This document shows, piece after piece, positions 1-13,320 of a stretch of 63,851 nt of DNA. Under the pieces are notes generated by a model, which saw only the letters and a list, made by a program, of their open reading frames with translations, did not search any database and was not told where the DNA came from. Position 1 is the first letter of the stretch. Every line of letters starts with the position of its first letter. A program made the translations under genes and the position numbers. Where the stretch lies: NCBI GenBank assembly GCA_051294375.1, contig CM119268.1, positions 3,313,856 through 3,377,706 on the forward strand, read 5' to 3'. The DNA comes from Paraspadella gotoi (taxonomy: Eukaryota; Animalia; Chaetognatha).

Positions 1-3000
1 TCAAAAGTCCGGCCGCCGGTGCGCTCTCAGGTATGAAGGGAGGGAAAGAGGTTGAGATTTAAATCAAAGAACAAGCGTCTCTATTCTTATCAGTTCATTT
101 ACTTTTTGTTAGATACCTCACTATTCTTGATGTGCGCGATGCGTGGTACTGAGGTTTGGTGCTGGTGAGGATTGGGGGCCAATGGATGAAGAGGACTGTG
201 GTAGAGAGGGATGGAAGCAGGACGATCCGGAGCACGAAAGCAGACGTGCCTGATCTTTCGAATGACCTCGTCACTGAGATGCTCGGATTGAGAGAATGTC
301 AGTTAGCTCTCGATTGAGCGCTCGTGATTTCGCCGTCAATGATTATTGCATGACACTCCTTTTGTGAATTGATGTAAAGATCTGATATTAGAATAAAGAT
401 GTAAATTTAAGAGATGAAGAGAAAGATAAATACATATAGAAAACGAATGAAGAATTTGAGAAAGGTTAATAAAGCTGATTGGCTCGAATTGGAAAAAAAT
501 CAGGGAAGGGAAGCGATGTGGGAAAAGTAGGGAAAGCAGGGGTAAAACGAAAAACCAGAGAAAAAAGAATAATAAAAGGGCCGGAAGAGGAATGGTTGTC
601 GCTCTATAGCAAAAGAGAGGTAACCAAACTAAATTGGTAATGCAGGTAGGAAGCAAAGAAGGAGATACTCGTCCGTTTTTGGTATCTGGCAACCACGAGG
701 TTACCACCCCAAGTCATACAGTCTACGGCATGCCACTATGGCAGCTGGGTCAATTACGAGAGATGTGGACGCTCCTCTCTCTCTTCCGTGTGTTGTTCTC
801 ATCTCACCATCTATACATCTCCTATTCTCTATCCTTCTTTTTTCTCCTTTTTCTTTGTCTATTTTTTCGTATCTTCGCTTTTTTTTTTTTTTGTTTAGGC
901 GCTAGATATCACCTGTATACCGTGTCATACTAATTTTAAGTAAAAGGACTGGGCTCGATCCCGTTCTAACTAACCCATCTCTCATTTTTCCCTCGCCTAC
1001 TCTTTTCGCTTTCTTTGTACCCCAATATTTCTACTTAATACACATCCTAAGACAATAATTTTAGCACACACAAACGTTCAAATGGATTCTCTGACTGCAA
1101 GTCAATGTATGAGAGGATCTAGGGAGTGCAGAAAGGTTCAATGATGAGTTTTACATTCTTTGTGGAACATCTATTTTCTCTTCTCTTGCCGGTGGAGCAA
1201 GACATCCTATTACTATTTTTTCGCAATAATCCAAAGAGAGCCCGTCGTGATCTTTGTCTCTTTCCCTCGCAGGTTATGTTGTTTCACACTAATCACAAAG
1301 ATTTCCAGGTTTCAATTACCCGCACATGTCTACCTTTCCTGATAGATAACTCATAGACTCTTGTTCTGAACTTGAAATCTTCCCAATATCACAAAAGCAA
1401 CAACTAAAGGCACTCAAAGCGTATAATTAATAGTTACAAAAAAAGTTTTCCATTCCGAACCTCTTAATTTACGTTGCCCTCTGCGTAGAACTAATCTCGA
1501 TTCAACCTACTTCTAGCATATTTCGCTATATTTTATTCATACTACCTCAAATTATGGAATCTATACTCCTCAAACTCCCTACCAAATATATCTAAAATAT
1601 CTTCAATAAACCATCAAATTTTCTTTATCTCTTTTGCTCACGAACACCTAATACTCATACTAATTCTATACTCTCAATTACCCTCCTCATTTCTATTACA
1701 TCATGCCCTATTCAAGACTACCTGCTTATTTACTCTATAAATCAACTCATCAACCTAAACCCTACTCCATTTCTTCTAGATCTTTCATCAAGAACTCACG
1801 CTCGTTCTATTAATTCGAATATCATATCTATCGACTAAAATTTCTAAATCTCTCTCAAATCATACGCTCTGATGGAATTTACCTAATCTCCGTCACGGAT
1901 CGTCTCGAGTCAGACACTCATAATTTCGCAGCTCATGTTCACGAACTCTGAACTCTACTTCGTCGGGAGCCTCGCTCTCCAAATTCATTACTCTCTATAA
2001 CCTACAACATACGCCGATTAATCCGTTCTCGATCCGCACCTCAAGGCCTAGTGTTAAACCAGAAAGCAGTATCTGCATTTCCACATCTACGCTCTCGTGC
2101 GGTGTAAGTTTAGGCCCTTCTCTCAGGCGACTTGGAGGTAGACAGGATCCGCCTCCCAGCGGGCCGTAATTGTGATCTCCATAAAGCTCGGATGTAATCA
2201 TTATACAGCTCGCACGCGAGTACAGGGGCCGCGATCCGCTCTCTACTGCCTCACTAGTAAGATTGCGTCTAGCATATCGTGATCAGTCCGCTCAAAGCGG
2301 ATATCTGGACGCCGTTGTCTCTCGATAGGGACAAACCCGAGCGCCATCGTACAGACGCCAGTGACAAGATGAGATTGTAATCAGGATAGGCTCCACAATC
2401 TGAACCCCTGATGGAATTTCCCTATCAAATAACAAAAATGGGGAGAGGAAGATGCCTCCATCAAGAGCAAAAAACAAGATAGAGGAACAACCAAGAAAGA
2501 CTCTATTAGGAGGAAACGAATTCTCGTTTTCTGTTACTAAGAGTCTCTCTCAGAACATCATTCATCAGGTCCGGCGTCGGTCAATCCATTAGTAGGCACC
2601 GGAATGCATTTCAGGGATTGATCTACACTCGGGATCTACAATATAGAACCGATACGTCGATATCGTCTATATGCACGATACGCACACCTCGGAAAGGCAG
2701 AGAAATAAGCAGTTACTTTTATTCTATGTAGAGAAAGGACATGACGATTCGTATGCTTAGCAACACAATCGTAACTGCTTCTGAGAAATACAGATATGCC
2801 TGTGAGGTTGGGCATTTTTGAATGAGCTGTACGGTATCGTTGATTAAAGGATTCCAATTTGAGTGATAATAGAAAAATTATCATGAAAATATGATAAGCA
2901 GAAAACGCTGTGCAGAAAATAAAAATTAACTTTTTATCAAACTATATGGTTAAGGAATTAGAAAAGATTGCAAGTAAAACATAAAGGATGAACTAATGTC

Positions 3001-4469
3001 AAAAACCCCCCAAAAAAATGGGAACTACGCTAAAAAAAAGAAAAAAGAACAATAGAAATAGGAGATCCTAACAGATTTTTATGTAATTACTCTCTCTCTC
3101 TCTCTCTCTCTCTCTCATTCCTCTTCGATGGTCGCCTGGCTGTCAGTAACCTCTTCATAAAAATTGCTCTCTCTCCTCTCTTTCTCGTCTTCCTCTTCTC
3201 TCTTCTCTGCTCTCTCTCTCTCTCTCTATTTGCGTTGGTTTTTTTTTGCTATATCCTGGAACAGAATGGAAAATAGTGCGTAATACTTAAAGAAAATAGG
3301 AGGTGAAGAAAAAAATGATAGATCGAAAATTATCAACGAGTGAGAATTATAAGATAAGAATAGGAACAACGTGAGAAAGAGTTTAAGAAATAATGCTGGT
3401 GAAAAATGGAAAAGAAATACGACGCCCGCGAGGGAACTGGCAAGAATGTAGTATGAGTTAGTCGTCACCAAGCTTGCGCTGGTGGGAGGGACGAGGGAAG
3501 TTCTCTCATAGCGGTTGTATTCTCCTCCTCGCTCATACAGGACTGACTCTCGATATCCTGCCGTACCTTGTAATAGGACCACTGGAACAATATCGATTAA
3601 GGTACCACAAGCCCGGTCAACACCTATTAAGCCAGAACCGATCACCCACAGTGGAATTTATTGATGTGGGAGCCCAGTGAGGACGCACGGGAGTGAGAAT
3701 TGATAGGTTGTTGAAAATTGAGAAATTATAATAGAGGTGCTCTGAGGATGCATACATGACAGGCATTTGCGCAGCATGATGAGGAGCAAGCTTTGTGGAG
3801 GGTAGGGACGGAAAGAAATGAAAATAGGTTTGATTAGGGGGAACAGGTTTTGCTCGCAAAGGAGATGGAAAAGCATGATTCTCTAATATAGGATATCTTG
3901 CTCGTCATCGGAGAAAAAGTTCGCCCTAATGTAAATAATACTCGGTGCCTCCCGGTGAAGTATCGTCCATGGAGTTCTCGCACACCCCCCCCGTCCGCGC
4001 ACACCCCACCACCGCTCCTCCCCTGGAGGCCTCAAGATAAAATCCCCGTTTTGACAATTGGATAAGAAGTTAGTTATTACTCATGGATCGTGAAGAGGAA
4101 TTGGTATTTTTAGAATCATTCATAAATGTCTCCGTAATTTGGACTCTAACATGAGTAGGAATTATGTTGAGTGAAAGCATTTACCAAAGTGTTGGCGAGG
4201 GAGATAGTGGATCAATAACATGATAAGTGTAAAATATCGTGTTAAAAAAAAAAAACAAATGTCAGCTCGGAAGAAAAAAGTCAATATGATGGGCAATATC
4301 TTGGTATAATCTGACAAACATTCAAATAAAATTTTAGAAGCCATCAAAATCTCGAAGCTATAATTGTATATTTGTTTTAGAAAGCAATAATCAGTTCTAT
4401 GTAAGTATAATATAATTAACGCTCATTATAAGAGAAAATGTTTAACCTTTTCATCATGAATAAATTCAA

Positions 4470-5200
4470 TCACTGGACGACCCGCTTCAAGATCCTCTTC
4501 AGTTGAGCCGCGCACTTCTCCGCCGTCTCCTTCGTCACGTAATCGTCGTAATAAATCAAGGACCAACAGAGTCGCCCGTTGATCGTCACAATGTAGTTGT
4601 AGATGGCTCTGCCCTGTCCCACGTGGTTGACCCCGTAGAACATCTTGGTCACCCTGAAGGGTCTGGTCACTGGGGTCTTGAAGGAGTAAGATCCTCGACT
4701 AGAGATGGCGTAATCGTAAATCGCCGTCACGTCGTCGTTGGCCTTGTCAGCCGGTCGCGAGATCCATCTATCGTGAAAAGCTGGAAAGAATCTGTAGACG
4801 AACTCGAGAAAGGACATCTGGTGGGAATAAGGTTGTCGCCCCAACCCTTCGTGGATCTCATTGTGAAATTCTTTGGCCAGACGCCAGAAATTCTCTTCCT
4901 TTCGATCGTCCATCGAGAGAAGTTTTTTCCTCGGGAAAGTCGAGCTGCGTTCCCCGTAATATTCTTCCTTCTCATTTCTCTCAACCAAATGATTAGCGTT
5001 CACGTTGTAAAATGATCTTATCTCCAGGGGATGCTCTTTTGTTTTCGGATCGAGTTCGGCGATGGTGGCGCTCAGAGCCAAATGAAACGCGGCGTCGAAA
5101 GCTCCGTGCATTTTGCAGTTGAACGACCTGCAGAGTTGCAACAACTTGTCCACTTCTTCTTCGCAAAGTTGAATTGGAATCAAACGCGTTGTGCCGGGAG
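4470..5200 (-). CDS. C-terminal ~243 aa of a CoA-dependent acyltransferase (condensation-domain / alcohol acetyltransferase / PapA5-like fold); 3' part of coding exon 2
   Basis: Clean, non-repetitive ORF ending in TGA at 4470-4472. It reads GTTRLIPIQLCEEEVDKLLQLCRSFNCKMHGAFDAAFHLAL...FWRLAKEFHNEI...YAISSRGSY...YIVTINGRLCWSLIYYDDYVTKETAEKCAAQLKRIL, matching the pattern of the C-terminal lobe of these acyltransferases (L..CR.....++..+.AA; FW..A; ISN.G-like; T++G.L...+.Y). Recognised by eye. Confidence 0.82.
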
Positions 5201-5679
5201 NNNNNNNNNNNNNNNNNNNNNNNNNNNNNNNNNNNNNNNNNNNNNNNNNNNNNNNNNNNNNNNNNNNNNNNNNNNNNNNNNNNNNNNNNNNNNNNNNNNN
5301 NNNNNNNNNNNNNNNNNNNNNNNNNNNNNNNNNNNNNNNNNNNNNNNNNNNNNNNNNNNNNNNNNNNNNNNNNNNNNNNNNNNNNNNNNNNNNNNNNNNN
5401 NNNNNNNNNNNNNNNNNNNNNNNNNNNNNNNNNNNNNNNNNNNNNNNNNNNNNNNNNNNNNNNNNNNNNNNNNNNNNNNNNNNNNNNNNNNNNNNNNNNN
5501 NNNNNNNNNNNNNNNNNNNNNNNNNNNNNNNNNNNNNNNNNNNNNNNNNNNNNNNNNNNNNNNNNNNNNNNNNNNNNNNNNNNNNNNNNNNNNNNNNNNN
5601 NNNNNNNNNNNNNNNNNNNNNNNNNNNNNNNNNNNNNNNNNNNNNNNNNNNNNNNNNNNNNNNNNNNNNNNNNNNNNNN

Positions 5680-5794
5680 TTCGGCGACGGATTTGACGAT
5701 CGATCGCAGCATCGGATGCTTCGCCGAGACCCGCGCCGCCGCAGCGGACAGCAGCGCAGCATCGATCGGACGGACGCTGTCGATGAAGACGACG
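5680..5794 (-). CDS. N-terminal lobe fragment of the same acyltransferase (clean contig between two gaps)
   Basis: Reverse strand reads VVFIDSVRPIDAALLSAAAARVSAKHPMLRSIVKSVAE, containing the (R/K)HPxLR motif typical of the N-terminal part of condensation-type acyltransferases. Confidence 0.78.
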
Positions 5795-5819
5795 NNNNNN
5801 NNNNNNNNNNNNNNNNNNN

Positions 5820-7005
5820 ACTCGGGGAAAGTCCGAGCTGCGTATCCCCCGCTAATATTCTTTCCTTCTCATTTTCTCTCAACCAGTAATGATTTAGCCG
5901 TTCCACGTATGTAAAATGAATCCGTTATCTTCTCTAGGGGTATGCTCTTTTGTTTTCGGATCGAGTCTCGGCGCATTCGGTGTGCGCTCCAAAGCCAGAA
6001 TGAAAACGCGTGGCTCACGTCCGAAAAGCTCCGTGCATTTGTACGCAGTTATCAGAGTACGACTGGCAAGAGTTGCAAAACTTGTCCACTGTGACTTCTT
6101 CGCCAAAGTTGAATTGCGATCAAACGGCTGGTTGCTGCCGGGATGATCGAAGCTTCAGATCTGTTCGCTCTTCGCTCGCCTTCCATCATGGACGCGCCAA
6201 TTGGCACCGATCTCGCGCTTGACAGCAACTGTTCCAAGAGCACCGGTTCATCTGTCGGTGAATCTGTGAACAGTTCGCGTCCAAAAAAAAGTTGGATTCA
6301 CAAGTTTCTTGCTTGGCAAAGACGTCTTCCTCCCGTTGATTTGAAGGATGCTGCTGGCTCGAAGCGGCTCTAACTTCGGCAGCGCGGCGCCTTGTCTCCT
6401 CGCCGTCGCGGGAAAATCTCCAGTCAAGGCCTCCAACAGTTCGTTTCCCAAAACACGAAGTCCATGAGTGGAGCAACGACCGTCCAACTAGTGCACGTGC
6501 TAAAGAAAAGTCGGGCCAGAACATTCACGGTTCCACGTATTTGCTCTTCGTCTTTTTTCGTCGTCCGCAAAAGCGTGAGGCACGCATAAAAGGAAGCCGG
6601 CTTCACGTGATCGAAGTTTTCGTGAACGTCCTAGGAACGAAGACGGAGCGTTCAGTCCGCCTCGATCTGATGGATTGTCCCTGATGTCCGCGAACGATAA
6701 GGTCTCACAAACTTCCTTCCCAGGTAGAGAGATTCGCTTCCATCTTCTTGCGGCGACCGCGCATTGACGTGATCGATTCGCGAGCATCGGATGCTTCGCT
6801 CGAGCACCCGCCGGCTGCCGCCATCGCGCGACAGCTAGTCGCAGCATTGCGAATCGGCGACGGACTCGCGTTGTCGATGAGACGACGTTGGCGTCTCATG
6901 TCGACGTCGAGCATGTTGTCGACCGAGAGATCGATACTCGTGCCTGCCGCTTGCCGTACGAGGAGGCGGACCCTGAGTGTGTTGTTGTTTTGCGAGGGGG
7001 CGTTG
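5820..7005 (-). other. Indel-rich long-read copy of acyltransferase exon 2; supplies the sequence missing in gap 5201-5679 and the exon-2 acceptor
   Basis: 5820-6145 aligns with many indels to 4930-5200, and ~6750-6890 aligns to 5680-5794. Near 6479-6505 the minus strand reads ...cac gtg cac tag TTG GAC GGT (LDGRCST), compatible with a corrupted HxxxDG motif. A pyrimidine tract and ctctcAG acceptor lie at 7007-7006. Confidence 0.75.
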
Positions 7006-7286
7006 CTGAGAGGTGGGGGGCGGGTGGAGGGGTGGAGGGGAGATTAAAGAGAGGGGGCGACGGGAACGATAAATATCAGGTTTAAAATAGAGATGAAAGA
7101 TATATAGAGGGAGATACTTTGAGAAAATACAGAACATATTGTGGACGATACAAGTTTCAAAGTAAAAATGAATTTATTCTTCAACAAGTTAATAACAATA
7201 ACAGTCGAAAAAGGCTCAGATGCTAAATTTATAAATTAAAAGAACTAACTATTATTTTAATAAGATCGCTTTAAAACCTCACTTAC

Positions 7287-7472
7287 CTTCGCAGCTTTGG
7301 ACCGGAAGTTACGAAGTCGACGTTGATAATCGCGGGTAAGTAAAGCGGCGGCAGCGGTGGCGGCGGCGGCGGCAGCGGCGAAGGCGGCCGTGGTCAGGTT
7401 GTGGGCCCGATGTGCCGTCCCCGCGAGACCCACGGGGCCACGAAATCGGAAAAACTTTGCTATGACGCTCAT
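7287..7472 (-). CDS. Coding exon 1 of the acyltransferase gene (62 aa, basic and Ala-rich N-terminus)
   Basis: ATG at 7472-7470. Translation MSVIAKFFRFRGPVGLAGTAHRAHNLTTAAFAAAAAAATAAAALLTRDYQRRLRNFRSKAAK, followed by a consensus donor AAG|GTAAGT (phase 0). A 281-nt intron (7286-7006) leads to the acceptor, and the frame continues as QRPLAK. Confidence 0.65.
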
Positions 7473-8550
7473 GACGATTAAATAATAATATTAATAATAA
7501 TTATTATTTGTCGTGTGAATCAGTTGTCCGTACAAGATTTTACGTGAATTCTTAACCGGCCCAAAGTACAACGATTGAAATAATTTCATTAAAACGAAAN
7601 NNNNNNNNNNNNNNNNNNNNNNNNNNNNNNNNNNNNNNNNNNNNNNNNNNNNNNNNNNNNNNNNNNNNNNNNNNNNNNNNNNNNNNNNNNNNNNNNNNNN
7701 NNNNNNNNNNNNNNNNNNNNNNNNNNNNNNNNNNNNNNNNNNNNTTCTTCAGTAGATGTAAGCGATGAAGAGCGGAGCCTTTGACATAAAGGGAAAGTGG
7801 AAGAGGAAGAGAGTCAGATCTTTGTTTCCGTCGCAGTTGATCCAGACAGAGTCCAACTCAAAAAAAAAATCCAGTTTTGGAAATCATTCCCGAAAATTTG
7901 GGCACGAATTAAATATTTTTAAGTAGTTATAAAAAAAAGATAAGACTTTTCATGGCTCCTTTACAAATTAATCGTTACCAAGTTTCGCTTTTACATACTC
8001 TATTATTTTAACAAATATTAACTTGTATATATAAGAAGGAAAAATTCCATAAAGTCGCGAGCAGCAACTGAAAAAATAAATGGCGAGTAAATTGTGTTTC
8101 AAGGACGACGCCGACGACGACGACGACGACGACGACGACGCCAACGACGACGACGACGACGACTACGACGACGATGTTTTTCGCTTCAAAGAAAAAAACG
8201 AGGACGATGGAACCGAACATCATAATCGTCGTCGTCGTTGTTGTTATCCTTTCCTTCGTCGGTTAAGATTGAAAGCAAAAGAGAACATCTTATTTCGAAC
8301 TCTAATCTCTTACTCTAGCTTATCTTTAACCAGTTTCACTTTGGCTATCACTAACCCTATTTTCTAATTTTAAACGCTAACTCCCGAACCTTGTACCTAA
8401 GCAAAACTTTAACCAAATCTCTCATCGAATCCTAACCGAAATCCATAAACTCTGCTTTCCAAAAAGAGGCTCGGAACTGCGGGCCTCGAACCCCCAACGT
8501 TTGCCCTTCCCTCGCTCTTCGTCATTTTCGTCTCAAAATATATATTCTTG

Positions 8551-8584
<34 letters not shown>

Positions 8585-9213
8585 TTTTTCTCTTCGCGAG
8601 ATTCGAAGTTGGTTTTCTTCTTCTCAAGAAAATAAATCGATGCAGAACAAAAATATTTTCCTTTTTATTTAAAAAAAAAAATTTTCATCAGTAAAATATA
8701 TTTTTTTTAGTTATTTTCTAAAACGTTTGTGAAATTTCAAAAAGTCGATATATTTCGGTCGGAAAATGAAAATTTGAGTGAAATTGACGAAATTGAAAAG
8801 AAAGAAGATTTGAAACGTTTGAAATTTATTTGTCTAATCTTTATGACGCCGTATTGAGACAATCTTTAAGCTTCCTCGGATAAATCTACAACGTAACATA
8901 TGCTGCAAACGCATTGAATTATTCTTTCCACTATAGAATCATTGGCAATTTCATTACAGAGTCGGGCGACTATCAAATCTAACTTAATCAATTTTCATTC
9001 ATTCTTTACCCAATTCATAGAGGGTATATTTGAGATGTACACGCAAGTAATGCCCCGTGCGTGCAATTCGCGCGTGTACCTGCACGCAATGCCATCGATG
9101 AGAAACGTTCGTCCCCTCTTCGCCTCCTTCAAAGAATCATCCTTTTCATCTTCCCGCGCGCACATAATTCGTCAACCAAATGCGTGCGTTTGCCCTTTGG
9201 TGCCATCCCGACC

Positions 9214-9336
<123 letters not shown>

Positions 9337-9720
9337 CAAAAAAGTTTTTTTCAATGCATATTAATTACGTCCCTCTCCTCTTCTTTTTACGCGACGCTCA
9401 AAGAAAATTAAGAAATGAGGCGCGATCCTTTGAAGACCATCTGGCAAGGGTTCTCGCTCTTCTGTCACTACGAAGGGAGGGAGAGGGAGATTCACTCTTA
9501 GGGTAGGGAAAAGGGTAGTCACTACTGTGAGAGGGTAAAGGAAAAGTCGCTTAATTCGGTTGTGGGAAAAGAAGAGTCACAATTAGTGAAGACATAGCCG
9601 TTTGTAAAATGTTTTAAAAATTATGTATTTATCGTTCACGCGTTTAAAAAAAAAACAATCTTTTTCAATTTAAAAAATAATTAAATCTAATTTTTATTTA
9701 TTTTTTCTTTTCCCTTAAAG

Positions 9721-9757
9721 CGGACAATTAAAAAACGGAGGAACTCTCCCAATTGAG
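9721..9757 (+). other. Candidate 37-nt internal mini-exon (parent transcript unknown, possibly untranslated)
   Basis: Long pyrimidine tract ending ...ttttcccttaaAG at 9720 and a perfect GAG|GTAAGT donor at 9758. No linked exons identified. Confidence 0.3.
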
Positions 9758-9850
9758 GTAAGTCTTGTCGACAGATTGTTGTCGTTGTTGTTGTTGTCTA
9801 TAAAAAGAATCCTAGTCTCTTTTTCCCATCGTAATTAATATATGGAGAGA

Positions 9851-9881
<31 letters not shown>

Positions 9882-10035
9882 CAGAGAGAGAGAGAGAGAA
9901 ATGAAGTTTTGAGAGGTTTAAACTTTTTCGTCCAAGAGAAAAAAAAACGCCTCTGAGGCAATCAATAATGACCAACGTAGGCGTTAAAGCGGAGAGAGAG
10001 AGAGAAAGAGAGAGAGAGAGAAGAGAGAAGAGAGA

Positions 10036-10091
<56 letters not shown>

Positions 10092-11819
10092 GATCGGAAT
10101 GATAGCAGAATGAAAGAGAGGGCCGACTATAGAAATCACAATCATCGCCAAGAGAAAATCACCGAAAATCTGCCAGATTCAGAAAGTTGTTACAAAAGCT
10201 CAAAAACTGAAAAAAGTGTAAAATCGGTAATTTTTTCTTTAAATCAGTTAGTCAAAAGTTAGTAGTTTAAGATATCTTGATAATGAATGAAAATTTAGTA
10301 AAAAAAAGTTTTTTCTACAATTTTTTTCTGACGTACGCTGTTTCAAACCGCATAAATATGTTTTTTTTTTGTACAACTTTGTTTTTAACGCTTTTATTAT
10401 AAAACAATATTCTTTTTTCTCATCGAAAGCGACTGACATAAAATACAAAAAAAAAACTTGAAATCAAATGAAAAAGATGAAACAGTTTCTCTCGTGGCGC
10501 CGAAAGGCGATGAATTTTCTTTCTTCAAAAATGATAAAATTGGCGCTAAAAAGAAAAAAAATGTGGAGCCAAGAAGATGGAGAATCATTTTCTTTTTATC
10601 TCTCTCTCTCCTTCTTCCATCTTCTTCCTTAACTTTCTTCGTCTTCTTCTTCGCCTTCTTCGTCTCTATTAAAAATTTAGAATGAAAAAGAAAAAGAGAA
10701 AGAGGATATAAAGTCAAATTTTTTGCAGAAAATTGAAATTAAAGAAAAAAAGTTTTTTTTCTTCTTATTCCTTCGTCGAGATTTGCCTTGGAGGTTATCT
10801 CTGTCTCTCTGTCTCTCTCTCTCTCGTCTCTCTCTCTCTCTTCTCTTCTCTCTCTCTCCTCTCTCTCCTCCCTTCTCTCTCGTCCTCTTTTACCACATAA
10901 GAGGAGCTGAAAATCTCAACCAGTCGCCGATCTCCTTTTGCGGCGAAGGATAAGTTTTGCAAAGTGTTTTGCATTTTTGAAACGCGACGACCCAAGACGA
11001 CGACGATGACGACGATGACGACAACGATGACGACAACAACGACGATGGCGCCGACAATAACGACAACAACAACGACGACGACAACGAGGGCCACGACGAG
11101 AAGGAAATGAAGTTGGAACGAATTGAGATCTCAAATTTTAATTATTCTTGATGGTGAAGTGTAGGCGTAAGTAAGTGTGGTAAGTTAAGTTAAGTTAAGT
11201 TAAGTTTGTAGTGGTTAAAAAAATGCTTATTGACTTATCGAGAGGCAATGATAGCAGCTAGAATTCTTTCGCAATATTTATCTNNNNNNNNNNNNNNNNN
11301 NNNNNNNNNNNNNNNNNNNNNNNNNNNNNNNNNNNNNNNNNNNNNNNNNNNNNNNNNNNNNNNNNNNNNNNNNNNNNNNNNNNNNNNNNNNNNNNNNNNN
11401 NNNNNNNNNNNNNNNNNNNNNNNNNNNNNNNNNNNNNNNNNNNNNNNNNNNNNNNNNNNNNNNNNNNNNNNNNNNNNNNNNNNNNNNNNNNNNNNNNNNN
11501 NNNNNNNNNNNNNNNNNNNNNNNNNNNNNNNNNNNNNNNNNNNNNNNNNNNNNNNNNNNNNNNNNNNNNNNNNNATCGCTTCTTCTTACGATTTTTTTTC
11601 TTTATCGTCATTCGATTCTTTCAAATCGTGAAAAGACAATTGGACAATAGCGCTGGTTTTCTCTTTCTTTGCTTTTTTTATATTTGTTTTTCTTTATTTA
11701 TTATTTGTCTATTTTTCTTTAAATTTTTCTCCTTTTTCCTTCTTTTCTTCTCTTTCACTTTGACTTCTTTTCTTTTCTCTCTCATTTTTCTATCACACTC
11801 ACTGTTCGTCTCACAGTTC

Positions 11820-11871
<52 letters not shown>

Positions 11872-13280
11872 TCTAATTTCTCCCTTTTTCTAAAACCCCC
11901 ACTTCCGGGGAACACTTATCCCCACTTATCCCCACCTTCTCCCAATTTTCATCGCCTCAACTTCGAAGACTTGACGCGACCGAAAATTCCAAGAATAGAA
12001 AAAAAAAAACCGTTTAGCAAAAAAAGAACTTTTTTTCGAGTAAAAAATCAAAAGAAATATACTACATTATAATTTTACTTAAGTGTTATCTACCAAAGTA
12101 AATAATTAGTAACGCTCTAAAGGGTAAATAGAACATCCCGAGCCGTAAATTTATATTTGACAGTGTTTACTTTGCACTTGCTAAAGAAAACCCAGTAACA
12201 GGAAAAAAATGTTGTTTTTTTTAGACCTCGTGATTGGAATCTTTATTTCCCCTGTGGTGAAAATGGAAACCGAAGAAGAGAAAAAACTCAGGTGAAGAAA
12301 AAAAAAGGATTTTTTATGTTAATCCTCTTTACAGTTTTTCCGGCCACAAGAAAAAAAAAAAGATGTTTATTGGTTGACTCTTTTTGGAAATATACGGACG
12401 AACGGACATGTTCACAAAAATGCTGATGCTTTTTTTTTTGTTGTTGTTGGCGAATCGGAAAACAATCAATTTTCGGAGAGATTGTAAGGACTTGGTAAGC
12501 ATTTTTTGCAAGCAAAACGAAAAAGAGAAACCATTTTCTCCTTCCAACACTTCAAAATATTTTTTCTTCGGAAATTCACTGTGGAAATTGATGAGGTTGA
12601 TGCACTGTGACTTTCTTTCCATCTTGATAAAACTATTAAACTATTATTTCCTCAGTATAACCTTAACGACAATCATTACGCAATATGTATTTAAACTAAA
12701 TCATAAATAACATCTAAATTAACAATCTGGGACAGTCTGCTAAGCCCTTTTGTTCTTAATAATTAAAGAATTAAGCTAGCATCTCAAGTCTAGTACATAA
12801 TTTCTCTTCCTTCTTTTCCTCTCTCCAACCTTTCTTTCCCTCAACCTCACACCGCCACCCATTTTTTCGTGTTTGGAAAGGAAACGCAGCTAGAGGTGAT
12901 AACTTTAGCTTTTCGGGGCGGCGGGAGCGGCGGCGGCGACGGCGGGAGCGGCGGCGGCGACGCGGGAGCGGCGGGGGCGCGGAGCGGAGGCGGTCGAGCG
13001 GCGGCGGCGGCGACGGCGACGGCGTCTGCGAACGAGTGGTTAAGTTTTGATCGGGGGACTATTTTGCGATGGATTTGGGCCTCATTTTTTTGATTAAACA
13101 GCTCTCCCGCCAAGAAGCCCGGAAGTTTAATCCCTTTTTTTCTTCCTTTTTTTTCGCGCTAAAGATTCGTCGTCGTTTTCGTCGTCGTCGTCGTTGTCGT
13201 CGTCGTCGTCGTCGTCGTCGTCGTTCGTCATCGATATCATACATTTGTCATAAATTGTTGGTGAAGCCCTGAGATTCCGA

Positions 13281-13320
13281 CCTGGAAGCAACGGGGATTG
13301 AACCCTTGACCTTTTCTCTT
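13281..13320 (-). repeat. tRNA-derived fragment (T-arm/B-box half), probably a SINE remnant
   Basis: Minus strand ggtcaagGGTTCAATCCCcgttgcttcca resembles a tRNA 3' half. No A-box or 5' half seen. Confidence 0.35.

Noticed and set aside
5820-7005. Tandem pseudogene copy of the acyltransferase
   Set aside because: Differences from the clean copy are dense, insertion-dominated indels, and the block abuts a 25-N gap. An uncorrected read of the same locus is the simpler explanation.
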